IMG/VR virus record: IMGVR_UViG_3300045988_046749
Direction: 5' to 3' (one strand)
Length of the DNA stretch: 46,325 nucleotides
Source of the DNA: a virus
The notes below the pieces were generated by a model that had not been told where the DNA came from, did not search any database, and saw only the letters and a list, made by a program, of their open reading frames with translations. Positions 10,505-18,476 of the stretch are shown piece by piece. How positions within the stretch are numbered: position 1 is the stretch's first letter; the number at the start of each line of letters is the position of its first letter. The translations under genes were made by a program, and so were the position numbers.

Positions 10505-10963
10505 ATGGCAAATAACATATGGAGTAATTACACAGAAAAAACAGCAACACCAGTAGATGCAGATGAAGTAATGGTTCGTGATTCCACAGACGGAAAAAAC
10601 AAAAGACTTCTTTTTGGCACTTTCTGGAAGTGGGTAGCTAAGAAATTAAACGAGGCTACCATTTCGGAATTGCAGACCAATAACAAGACAATCATCGGGG
10701 CAATAAATGCACTAAATAGTGAGCTCGATTTTGTGACATTCGCAAGTAGCAGCAATGAAGTAACTGGAATAAAGGAATATTTAATAACAAATAAACCAAA
10801 ATCAATTACAATTTTTAAAGTAGGAAATTCTGGATGTGCTATAGCAACTCCTTACAATACATATGGAGAAGGATACATCGGATTTTTATATTTTGATTAT
10901 TTTGCAAGTTCTCCATCTGACTTGAAATTATATTCTTATCAGAATGGAAAATGGATAAGTTAA
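10505..10963 (+). CDS. Putative tail fibre accessory / receptor-binding protein
   Basis: 152 aa after the hub/fibre gene; N-terminus TPVDADEVMVRDSTDGKNKRLLF resembles fibre N-termini. Confidence 0.45.
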   Translation: MANNIWSNYTEKTATPVDADEVMVRDSTDGKNKRLLFGTFWKWVAKKLNEATISELQTNNKTIIGAINALNSELDFVTFASSSNEVTGIKEYLITNKPKSITIFKVGNSGCAIATPYNTYGEGYIGFLYFDYFASSPSDLKLYSYQNGKWIS

Positions 10964-10978
10964 ATAGCAACAGGAGAA

Positions 10979-11266
10979 TCATATTTTTGTTAATGTCATT
11001 ACAATCCACGTGTTAGTTGAAACTTTTAATGTATTACCATCTAAAGTAAAATTAGTTCCGGATAATTCTGGATTGACAGAAAGTATGCCACCAGTTTTTT
11101 CTTCTGACATTCTGCTAAGTGCTACAGCGAACCCTATGTCTACTATATTAGCTGCGTTTATTGTAGCATAGCAAATTAGATACGAACTTTCATCGTCTAA
11201 TATAATAGATTTGCCATCTGAAGGATTTATTGTAATATGTTCTGCATGAGTTAAGCTATTTATCAC
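10979..11266 (-). CDS. Hypothetical protein on the opposite strand (possible moron)
   Basis: 95-aa ORF, AT-rich, antisense to the late genes, between tail and lysis genes. Confidence 0.4.
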   Translation of the reverse strand: MINSLTHAEHITINPSDGKSIILDDESSYLICYATINAANIVDIGFAVALSRMSEEKTGGILSVNPELSGTNFTLDGNTLKVSTNTWIVMTLTKI

Positions 11267-11443
11267 TATAGAGTTTATTGGAGAGATAAGAAAAAAAATA
11301 ACAAAACACTACCAAACATAAAATGAATATGATATAATCGGTATATCAAAATCGGAAAAACAAAAAGGGAGCTGAGTTCCCGTCTACCAAACAAAAAACT
11401 CAGCTCCAAGCACCACAAAGGGGTACGACTATATTATATAAAA

Positions 11444-11480
11444 ATGTGGGGCTGAAATTCACAATTGCTCATTGTATCAT
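11444..11480 (+). promoter_or_regulatory. Late-promoter box copy A (ATGTGGGG-N23-TATCAT) upstream of endolysin
   Basis: Same box and spacing as at 33741 and 42037. Confidence 0.5.
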
Positions 11481-11509
11481 GTACTTATCAATATGAAAGG
11501 AATGATACA

Positions 11510-12526
11510 ATGAGCAAATTACAGGAATTTTTAAACCTTGGTGATTATTACGCATCCAACTGCGGGTACCTTGAGAAGAAAAGTAATGCCTATCTGGATG
11601 ATTTTAAAAAGAATGCAGGATATAACAATTATACCAAATTTGCAAGAGATGTAAATTCTTGGGGACAGCCAGGATGCCAGGGGCAGCCGTGGTGCGCGGA
11701 ATATCAGTTCTGGAAGCTGGTAAAAGTAATTGGAATCACAAATGCCATCAAAATCATGGGCGGTGGTTTTTACAATTGCGTATCCATCACTAACTGGGCA
11801 AAGAAAAAAGGCACTTGGCATAATACTCCAAAGGTAGGTGCGCTTGTAATCTTCCGCAATGGTTCTCATGTTGGAAGCGTGCAAAGTTTTGATAGCTCGA
11901 GAATCTATACAAACGAAGGAAATACTTCTAGTGTAGCTGGAGTGGTAGCAAATGGCGGTGCTGTTCGCAATAAATCCTACTCCATCAACGATTCAGCAAT
12001 CGACGGATATGTTTGGATTGATTGGGAATCTTACGAAGGTACCGCAACCTGGAAAAAAACAGGAACCAGAGTGGCGACTGTGAACGATTTATACGTCCGC
12101 GAGACACCGAATGGTTACGTTATGGGTTCAATCAATAAAGGAACCGTTGTTGAAATTGACGGAAAGACAAACGGAAAGTGGACGCATGTTAAAGTTTCCG
12201 GAATTGGTATTGGTTGGATCTGGACTGGATACCTTGCAAAGGAATCGGTTAATAAACCGGTTAATAAGCCAATTGTAATTTCAAATAAACAGGATAAGAG
12301 CCAGGTTCTCTTCAAGGGGAATGTAACCGCAACCGTTCTGAATGTCCGAACTTGGGCCGGTGAGGAATATCCAAAAATTAAAAAATATCCGACACTCAAC
12401 CAGGGAAATGAAGTAGAAGTTATGAACTATACGCAGAAAGCCAAAAACGGCAGCAAATGGTATTATATCCGTATCGCAGGAAAGTATTATGGCTTTGTAT
12501 CTGCAAAATATGTTAAGAAACAGTAA
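11510..12526 (+). CDS. Endolysin: N-terminal CHAP-type peptidase/amidase plus two C-terminal SH3b domains
   Basis: ATG 11510 after AAAGGA; QPWCAEYQFW (Cys) and GSHVGSV (His) CHAP-like pair; two SH3-like repeats (ATVNDLYVRETPNG..., ATVLNVRTWAGEEY...). Confidence 0.9.
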   Translation: MSKLQEFLNLGDYYASNCGYLEKKSNAYLDDFKKNAGYNNYTKFARDVNSWGQPGCQGQPWCAEYQFWKLVKVIGITNAIKIMGGGFYNCVSITNWAKKKGTWHNTPKVGALVIFRNGSHVGSVQSFDSSRIYTNEGNTSSVAGVVANGGAVRNKSYSINDSAIDGYVWIDWESYEGTATWKKTGTRVATVNDLYVRETPNGYVMGSINKGTVVEIDGKTNGKWTHVKVSGIGIGWIWTGYLAKESVNKPVNKPIVISNKQDKSQVLFKGNVTATVLNVRTWAGEEYPKIKKYPTLNQGNEVEVMNYTQKAKNGSKWYYIRIAGKYYGFVSAKYVKKQ

Positions 12527-12531
12527 AAATA

Positions 12532-12565
12532 TCCCGGGGAATTAGCCCCGGGAATTTCTTTTTTG
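12532..12565. terminator. Bidirectional rho-independent terminator between endolysin and integrase
   Basis: tcccgggg/ccccggga 8-bp stem (12532-12539 / 12546-12553), T-run after it on + strand and T-rich tract on - strand. Confidence 0.8.
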
Positions 12566-12619
12566 ATTAATGACAACATCAATGAGCTAGTTCGCCAGTA
12601 CATAGAAGATATCATTAAT
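12566..12619. other. Candidate attP for the serine integrase
   Basis: attaatga (12566-12573) and tcattaat (12612-12619) inverted arms; about 10/19 further symmetric positions per half; sits between lysis and int genes. Confidence 0.35.
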
Positions 12620-14189
12620 TATTCTTCTGGATTTTTGGGAAAATGTCGAGCTGAAAACCAATCTCGTTGCCCTTCCCATAAGCGTTTTTGGTATCTTTTG
12701 AGTATGTAACCTTTTCAATTAAACTCTTAAGCATTTTATTCTTGGATTCCGTGTCAAGGCTCCAATAGTTATCAAGCAGTTCTTCACAACGCGGGATAAA
12801 ATCCGACTGTTGTTTTATAATATTCTCGTCATGTTTGATTTCTTCTTTTAATTTTTCTATAGTGTCGGAGCATAACTGGATAGATGCGGATATTGTTTTG
12901 GCACGTTCAAGAAAAATCTCCGTGGTGTAGATTCCCTGTTCGAGCAGATCATATTGTTTTGCTTTTTGGGTATTTAAGCTTTCTAGTTCACTTTCTTTTT
13001 CACGTATAAGATTTTGCTTAGATACTATACCGGAATTGATAGCATTGGATGGAACATTAATATCATTATTCAGCTTATACTTCTCTGCTATTTCTTTGAT
13101 TCCATCAAGCACAGCTTTTTCGACTAGAGACAATTTGCTGCTCACTGTAGAGCAAGACGTATATGGACACATGAGAGTATCTTCCTGTCCACGTTTTTGA
13201 TAAGGGCGGCGGACCATAGCGCGACCACACTTGCTGCAATAGACAATTCCGGCAAGCGGATTGCGAATCGAGTTTGCTATACTAACTGGGCGAGGCGGGT
13301 TCTTTTTTCGTATTTCCTGTACGGAGTTAAACAGGTCCTCCGATATAATAGCTGGATGTAATCCTTCACAGACAAGGATGTCCCTGGACCGTGGGCGCGT
13401 CTTAATCACTTGTCCATTCTGTATAGTCTTTACAGTCTTTCTGCCATTCCACCGGATTTTCCCTGTATACACCGGATTTGTTAGAATTCCCTGTATGCTG
13501 GCAGGAGTCCAGTCGCCGCCTAGTGCAGATTCTATACCCATTTCATTTAATTTCCGCACAATCTTCGCGACTCCAATTTGTTCACAGCCATCACCTGCAT
13601 ACCAGGTGTAGATCATTTTTACAACCTCGGCTTGAGCTGGAACAGGCCTGAGAGTATAACCTTTTTCTTTTTCGAGTTTTACTCTTTTGTATCCGTAAGG
13701 TGGTTTGTTACCACAGTATTTGCCCTCTTTTACGGATGAAATTCTTCCAGCGTTCAGACGGCGCTTGATGGTTTTATATTCTCTTCGGCTCATAAATAGT
13801 CCAAACTCAAAATACTCTTCATCAAATTCGTTGTTCGGATCGTATATTTTTGTTGGGGTAATAATCTTCGTGTCAGAGTATTGAAAAGCTCTGGACACAA
13901 CACCTTGGTCGATGGTATCACCTCTGGCAAGACGTTCTACTTCGACAACTAGAACACCGTCCCACAGCCCGGATTCTACCTCATGCAGAAGTTGCTGCAT
14001 GACAGGACGGTCGGCGATAGTTTCCCCAGATACCACTTCGCGGTAAATTGCGCCTACAATGTACTCTTTTTTCTTTGCAAGATCTAACAGGATCCGTTCA
14101 TGTCTGGCGAGGGTTTCACCCTCTCCATGCGCTTCAGCTTCCCGATCGGCTCTGGATTTCCTTAGATAGATGCATACTGATTCGTTCAT
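12615..14189 (-). CDS. int: Large serine recombinase (integrase)
   Basis: 524 aa; N-terminal resolvase motif YLRKSRADRE; recombinase domain; Cys-rich zinc ribbon (CSKCGR...CPYTSC); C-terminal coiled coil. Confidence 0.95.
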   Translation of the reverse strand: MNESVCIYLRKSRADREAEAHGEGETLARHERILLDLAKKKEYIVGAIYREVVSGETIADRPVMQQLLHEVESGLWDGVLVVEVERLARGDTIDQGVVSRAFQYSDTKIITPTKIYDPNNEFDEEYFEFGLFMSRREYKTIKRRLNAGRISSVKEGKYCGNKPPYGYKRVKLEKEKGYTLRPVPAQAEVVKMIYTWYAGDGCEQIGVAKIVRKLNEMGIESALGGDWTPASIQGILTNPVYTGKIRWNGRKTVKTIQNGQVIKTRPRSRDILVCEGLHPAIISEDLFNSVQEIRKKNPPRPVSIANSIRNPLAGIVYCSKCGRAMVRRPYQKRGQEDTLMCPYTSCSTVSSKLSLVEKAVLDGIKEIAEKYKLNNDINVPSNAINSGIVSKQNLIREKESELESLNTQKAKQYDLLEQGIYTTEIFLERAKTISASIQLCSDTIEKLKEEIKHDENIIKQQSDFIPRCEELLDNYWSLDTESKNKMLKSLIEKVTYSKDTKNAYGKGNEIGFQLDIFPKIQKNN

Positions 14190-14285
14190 TTTATCATTCT
14201 CCTTTTTTTACTTGTACGATAATCCAGGAGATGATATAATTATGGTGTAGGTAAGATTTTCTCCGAGATTATCTTATTTATTAAA

Positions 14286-14324
14286 CCGGTTCCTGTTGGT
14301 CGCAGGAGCCGGCTTTTTTGTTTT
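14286..14324 (+). terminator. Hairpin plus T-run, strongest in + orientation
   Basis: ccggttcctg/caggagccgg 10-bp stem (one G.U) followed by cttttttgtttt. Confidence 0.6.
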
Positions 14325-14409
14325 AAATGCATAAAGATTAGTTATTTCCGTGCTGGTAGTAAAGGGGCGTTTTTTATTATGCGTTTTTCTTTTTCATATT
14401 CACTTCTCC

Positions 14410-14598
14410 TTAAAGTTTCACCTCAAATATTCTTCCACATTTTCTACAGCGGAATTTTTGCTTTCCCTTTAGCTTTGTATTTACCAGCGTAAAAGGGTGC
14501 AGAGGATTGAGATTAATTGTAGTTTTTTGGTTTCCACTCAAATACTCCACATCCGTACTACCGCAAAGAAACCCTGGACATTTAATTTTCTTTGCCAC
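14410..14598 (-). CDS. Small zinc-ribbon protein
   Basis: 62 aa; GTG start 6 nt after AAGGAGGG; CPGFLC...CRKCG four-Cys arrangement. Confidence 0.6.
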   Translation of the reverse strand: MAKKIKCPGFLCGSTDVEYLSGNQKTTINLNPLHPFTLVNTKLKGKQKFRCRKCGRIFEVKL

Positions 14599-14811
14599 TT
14601 AAATCCCTCCTTACATAGTTTATTTTATCTGATTGTACCACAGCGCAAAATAAAATAAAACATAATATTTCTAAATAAGATATAATAAGCGTGTCGAATT
14701 TTCTCGATTTTCGTCAAATACAACATTAATGTACGAAAATTTGTGCAAGATTGAGATATTGTATAATTGTTATATTGAGAGTATAATATAAACTAATTTG
14801 GGAGGAATTTT

Positions 14812-15147
14812 ATGAAAGGAATAAAAAAGCTGGTTATATTTTTTCTGTTTGGGATAATGCTCACATTTTCTGTACGTGCGCCGCTTTGTGAGAGTATCGA
14901 TCCAACAGATTCCGAAGTGATTATTAAGGCAAGTGCCAATAATCAACACATAATACATAATTATACACAAGCAGTTGTATCCGAGGCAGAGTATCAACCA
15001 TTTGTTGTAAATAAAAGCAATAATACTTCTGCGGAATGTAAATGCCATTTCTTTTTCAATCGTTCAAGGCAAAGGGAGGGTGCACTGTTTAAGCAGAGGG
15101 CAAGAAGTATGATCAGTCCGTTCTATATCACTGAGAAGAGGGTATAA
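14812..15147 (+). CDS. Secreted small protein (signal peptide), lysogeny-region moron
   Basis: GGGAGG SD; N-terminus MKGIKKLVIFFLFGIMLTFSVRA looks like a Sec signal; AT-rich region with TATAAT boxes upstream. Confidence 0.6.
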   Translation: MKGIKKLVIFFLFGIMLTFSVRAPLCESIDPTDSEVIIKASANNQHIIHNYTQAVVSEAEYQPFVVNKSNNTSAECKCHFFFNRSRQREGALFKQRARSMISPFYITEKRV

Positions 15148-15202
15148 TGAAATAAAAAGAGAACAAATGTTCTTGTTGTGCGATATTGGGAGGGACGGAT
15201 AT

Positions 15203-15319
15203 ATGGATTACAAAAAGGAAATTATTGAAATGATAGAGAATACTGAAAATGAGAGCAAGTTAAAATTTGTCTATACGATTCTTATTAAATATCTGAAATC
15301 AAAGGAGCAAGGGGATTAA
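15203..15319 (+). CDS. Small hypothetical protein (38 aa)
   Basis: GGGAGGG SD 5 nt upstream of ATG; followed by agcaaggg/cccttgct hairpin and T-run. Confidence 0.35.
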   Translation: MDYKKEIIEMIENTENESKLKFVYTILIKYLKSKEQGD

Positions 15320-15660
15320 CCCTTGCTCTTTTTGTTTAGCGATGAAACTATTTGTTTTATTGCTTTCTTATCTTCTTTATCGAGTGCTTTGTATTCCTCG
15401 ATAAAATCTAAGATGTCAGGTTCTGACATAAGATTTCCAATTATGGTTGCATAATCATCATCGCTTTTAGAACCCATGAGGTATGTCGGTGTTACTTCCA
15501 AAACGCCACATAGAAGTTCAATAGTGTCCATGTCTGGCTTACACTTATCTTTTTCCCAGTCACTAATTGAATTGTGCTTTGCATTGATTTTTTCTGCAAG
15601 TTGTTTCTGGGTCAGCTTCTTTACCGTTCTGGCTTGCTTGATTTTCTCGCCGAATGTCAT
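15316..15660 (-). CDS. XRE-family HTH repressor (CI-like)
   Basis: 114 aa; KLTQKQLAEKINAKHNSISDWEKDK HTH; divergent from cro-like gene. Confidence 0.85.
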   Translation of the reverse strand: MTFGEKIKQARTVKKLTQKQLAEKINAKHNSISDWEKDKCKPDMDTIELLCGVLEVTPTYLMGSKSDDDYATIIGNLMSEPDILDFIEEYKALDKEDKKAIKQIVSSLNKKSKG

Positions 15661-15684
15661 TATCGTTTCCTCCCTTCATAACTA

Positions 15685-15713
15685 ATAATAATATAAAAAT
15701 TTCGGACTGTCAA
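15685..15713 (-). promoter_or_regulatory. Sigma-A-type promoter for the repressor
   Basis: On the minus strand TTGACA-17 nt-TATTAT. Confidence 0.55.
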
Positions 15714-15719
15714 TAAAAT

Positions 15720-15740
15720 AATTTCGATTTTTTCGAAATT
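15720..15740. promoter_or_regulatory. Operator palindrome of the lysis-lysogeny switch
   Basis: aatttcga-ttttt-tcgaaatt perfect 8-bp inverted repeat; related half-sites at 15759-15766 and 15793-15799. Confidence 0.6.
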
Positions 15741-15745
15741 TCTTC

Positions 15746-15774
15746 TTGACATTCGGATATTTCGAAGTTATACT
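15746..15774 (+). promoter_or_regulatory. Sigma-A-type early promoter for the cro-like gene
   Basis: TTGACA (15746-15751), 17-nt spacer, TATACT (15769-15774). Confidence 0.7.
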
Positions 15775-15822
15775 ATAATTGTTCGATAGAAACGAAATTC
15801 AAGCAGAAAGGAGAAATGAAGA

Positions 15823-16029
15823 ATGTGCGTTGGTAAGAAAATCAAGTCATACCTTGAAAACAACGGCATAACACAGACATTTGTCGCCAACAAAACTGGC
15901 ATTCCTGTTCAGAAACTCAATCTTTCCCTCAATGGAAATCGCAGATTAGATTTCGATGAATACGAACTAATTTGCGGGGCATTATCTGTTGGGACTGACA
16001 AGTTTCTTGAACCAAAGTTACCGGAATAG
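15823..16029 (+). CDS. XRE-family HTH protein (Cro-like)
   Basis: 68 aa; ITQTFVANKTGIPVQKLNLSLNGNR HTH; first gene of the rightward operon. Confidence 0.8.
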   Translation: MCVGKKIKSYLENNGITQTFVANKTGIPVQKLNLSLNGNRRLDFDEYELICGALSVGTDKFLEPKLPE

Positions 16030-16041
16030 GAGGTAAAAAAT

Positions 16042-16131
16042 ATGAAACGCCATCCGATTATGGAATATGTGATTCCAGCAATTGTAGCAAGCGTGGCAAC
16101 AGTTTTAATCCGTTTAGTGCTAGGGTGGTAA
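16042..16131 (+). CDS. 29-aa hydrophobic peptide
   Basis: AGGAGG 7 nt upstream of ATG; MKRHPIMEYVIPAIVASVATVLIRLVLGW; overlaps the 3' end of the convergent gene. Confidence 0.35.
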   Translation: MKRHPIMEYVIPAIVASVATVLIRLVLGW

Positions 16132-16435
16132 GAATCGAAACAATAATCGGAATAGCCACATCTTTCAATAACAACTTTTTAAATTCATGTTTTCTTTCAG
16201 CAATATAAGATTTTCCCTGTTCGGAAATCGCAATAGAGAGGGTTTTTCCTTTCACATATCTGACTTGACCGTCTTGATTGATTCTAGGAAAAGATTCTCT
16301 ATTAACAGAAACTAATTTTTCTTCTTCAAGAAAACTGGAAATTTTGATTTCATTTTCCGAAAGAGAAGAATATTCAATTTCTTCTTTGCTTGAAAGATAT
16401 TTCAAGAAATTAAATTGTTCTTTATTGAGATACAA
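16058..16435 (-). CDS. Membrane-anchored winged-helix-like protein (opposite-strand moron)
   Basis: GGGAGGTG SD before TTG 16435 (ORF open to 16450); C-terminal TM AIPIIVSILTTLALNGLKLL. Confidence 0.55.
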   Translation of the reverse strand: MYLNKEQFNFLKYLSSKEEIEYSSLSENEIKISSFLEEEKLVSVNRESFPRINQDGQVRYVKGKTLSIAISEQGKSYIAERKHEFKKLLLKDVAIPIIVSILTTLALNGLKLLPRLLQLLESHIP

Positions 16436-16646
16436 AATATCACCTCCCATCTACTGGGAGTATATCACAAGAAAAGAGTGAGCGCATATCAAAAAGAAAT
16501 TATTTCATAGAGAAATAGGTGGTAAACAATGGGAGCAAATAATTTTACACACTTTACTGGAAAGAAATCTTCGTTCAAAACTAAAAAGAGAAAGAAGAAA
16601 GTAAAAGTGAAAAGAGTTCACAAAAACAAATATGAAAGGAGCGTAA

Positions 16647-16967
16647 ATGGACGCATTGCAATTTAATAAAGCCGTCAGTCGGCACTGCAAAGAATCTGGT
16701 GGAGACTGTTGCAAATGTGACCTACGGCTTTACTGTTACCTATCGCCAAGTGAGCGACCAGATGAGTTAGTGGGCCTGGTTATTGATTTTTTGCATAACC
16801 ACATTGAAAACCATGATCATTATACCCATCACACTGCGGCTTCATTTCCGTGTATTGATGATATGGACATGAGTACCGCAGTAGGCGGCGACTGTTACCA
16901 GAAACCTCATACTCTTCACAAACAGTCACATGCTTGTGAATCTTGTGGCAGTGATACAGTCGAGTGA
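16647..16967 (+). CDS. Hypothetical Cys/His-rich protein
   Basis: 106-aa ORF with AAAGGAG SD. Confidence 0.55.
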   Translation: MDALQFNKAVSRHCKESGGDCCKCDLRLYCYLSPSERPDELVGLVIDFLHNHIENHDHYTHHTAASFPCIDDMDMSTAVGGDCYQKPHTLHKQSHACESCGSDTVE

Positions 16968-17073
16968 TTGTTTCAACCATATAGTTCTCCTTTCTCCATA
17001 CTCGGCATGGAGGTGCCTGTAATTACATTATAGGTAGGAGAGAAAGAAAAAGACAATAGAAAGGAGCAAATAA

Positions 17074-17202
17074 TTGAAAAAAGTAGACTGGTCGATAGTA
17101 GCAATCGTACTCAGCATACTTTCCGTTTTAATAAATCTTTGTTTTAGCGGACGAGATTTATTAAGAAATTTACGTTGGATATTATCTTGTCTAGGTTGGT
17201 AA
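17074..17202 (+). CDS. 42-aa hydrophobic peptide
   Basis: TTG start after AAAGGAG; WSIVAIVLSILSVLINLCF TM. Confidence 0.3.
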   Translation: MKKVDWSIVAIVLSILSVLINLCFSGRDLLRNLRWILSCLGW

Positions 17203-17242
17203 GTATTGAAAAGAAAGTTCTTAACATGGAGGTGAAAACAAA

Positions 17243-17569
17243 ATGTTAGACTGCACAGTCATTGAAAATATTATCGGCCAGGTTTTCGTTCGGCTTGAAA
17301 TGACGAGCCACGACTGGTCGAAATTAAAAACGTCAGGTGTGTGGAGTCAGGTGGAACAGATTCTAATGGAATCTGAAACACAAAATAGCCGCTGTTCCAG
17401 ACATAACTATGCCGAAGAAATTCCAAGTGAGCAGACAAATAATGAATATCTGAAAGAACAGTTCGGAATATATTCACGATATGTGAAATCATTATCCACC
17501 TGTACACACGTTTTAGCAGTTATTTCAATAATTGCTCTAATAATTTCAATAGTGGCTCTGATTGTATAG
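17243..17569 (+). CDS. Hypothetical protein with C-terminal TM
   Basis: GGAGGTG SD; C-terminus VLAVISIIALIISIVALIV. Confidence 0.5.
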   Translation: MLDCTVIENIIGQVFVRLEMTSHDWSKLKTSGVWSQVEQILMESETQNSRCSRHNYAEEIPSEQTNNEYLKEQFGIYSRYVKSLSTCTHVLAVISIIALIISIVALIV

Positions 17570-17670
17570 AGATTGAGAAAAGACCGGTAATCAGCGCAAT
17601 GATGGACAGAACAGTGGTTATCCAGAATTGAGAAATATCTTGGAAGTATACCAAAAGAAAGGAGCAAATT

Positions 17671-17928
17671 ATGAGTAAAATTTTTATTCCACACGAGCTT
17701 AAAACCATCGAAGTTGACACAGAAAAGAAAATCTTCCGCATCAATGGAGAAGATTTTGGATATGGATGCACAGGTTTTATGATTTCCTGCACACCGGAGG
17801 ATTTCCGAATTGATATGGAAGTGGACACGACCGTACACTTTGTAAGCTATTCCAATAAAGGAGAATTGAGAGAGCAGGGAACATATAAAGCAGAAGTTCC
17901 TTTGGTTGAGTCACACAGAGCACCGTAA
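17671..17928 (+). CDS. Hypothetical protein
   Basis: 85-aa ORF with AAAGGAG SD. Confidence 0.55.
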   Translation: MSKIFIPHELKTIEVDTEKKIFRINGEDFGYGCTGFMISCTPEDFRIDMEVDTTVHFVSYSNKGELREQGTYKAEVPLVESHRAP

Positions 17929-18009
17929 GATTCCAGAAGATGACCGGAAGTAAAAAGAAACAAACAGCATATCTTAACATAGTGAATGCATAAAAAAGGA
18001 GGTTTACTG

Positions 18010-18165
18010 ATGGCAGTAATCAAAACAATCAAAATGGGATCTGGGGTAATCAGAATACATGATGATTACTGCAAAGATAATACACCGGAGGACAATCAAA
18101 GGATTGTTGATGAATGCTCAAGAATTATCTTGGACTACTACAGAAGAAAAGAAGCAAAGGCATAA
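18010..18165 (+). CDS. Hypothetical small protein (51 aa)
   Basis: AAAAGGAGG SD upstream of ATG 18010. Confidence 0.45.
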   Translation: MAVIKTIKMGSGVIRIHDDYCKDNTPEDNQRIVDECSRIILDYYRRKEAKA

Positions 18166-18290
18166 GCGCCCCGGAGGGAGTCACGACCTCCACCCCGGAG
18201 CAGTAAGCCACTAAACCTAACTTAGTGGATACAGGTAAATTATAATCCTCTATCCGCTAAAAAGTCAATATTAAGCGAGAGGAAAATAAC

Positions 18291-18476
18291 ATGGAAAATA
18301 AAAAAAATGTAACAAACAATGAAAAGATTACATGGAACGATTTGGAAACAATGCTGGCTACCGAAATCGTAAGAAAAGCAAAAAGAGAGACTAAGAAGTG
18401 GTTCAGTGCATGGCTTTTGACTGCCGCGCTGTTAATCCTTACTAATATCTTTTGGTATATTGCTTACAGTCTGTAA
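18291..18476 (+). CDS. Small membrane protein
   Basis: 61 aa; TM WFSAWLLTAALLILTNIFWYIAY. Confidence 0.5.
   Translation: MENKKNVTNNEKITWNDLETMLATEIVRKAKRETKKWFSAWLLTAALLILTNIFWYIAYSL

Noticed and set aside
6118-10963. Diversity-generating retroelement targeting the fibre genes
   Set aside because: There is no reverse transcriptase anywhere in the genome. I found no near-identical template/variable repeat pair with adenine-specific differences.
13261-14239. Plus-strand ORFs 13261..13611 and 14048..14239
   Set aside because: They are antisense to the well-supported serine integrase gene, have no SD, and have implausible composition.
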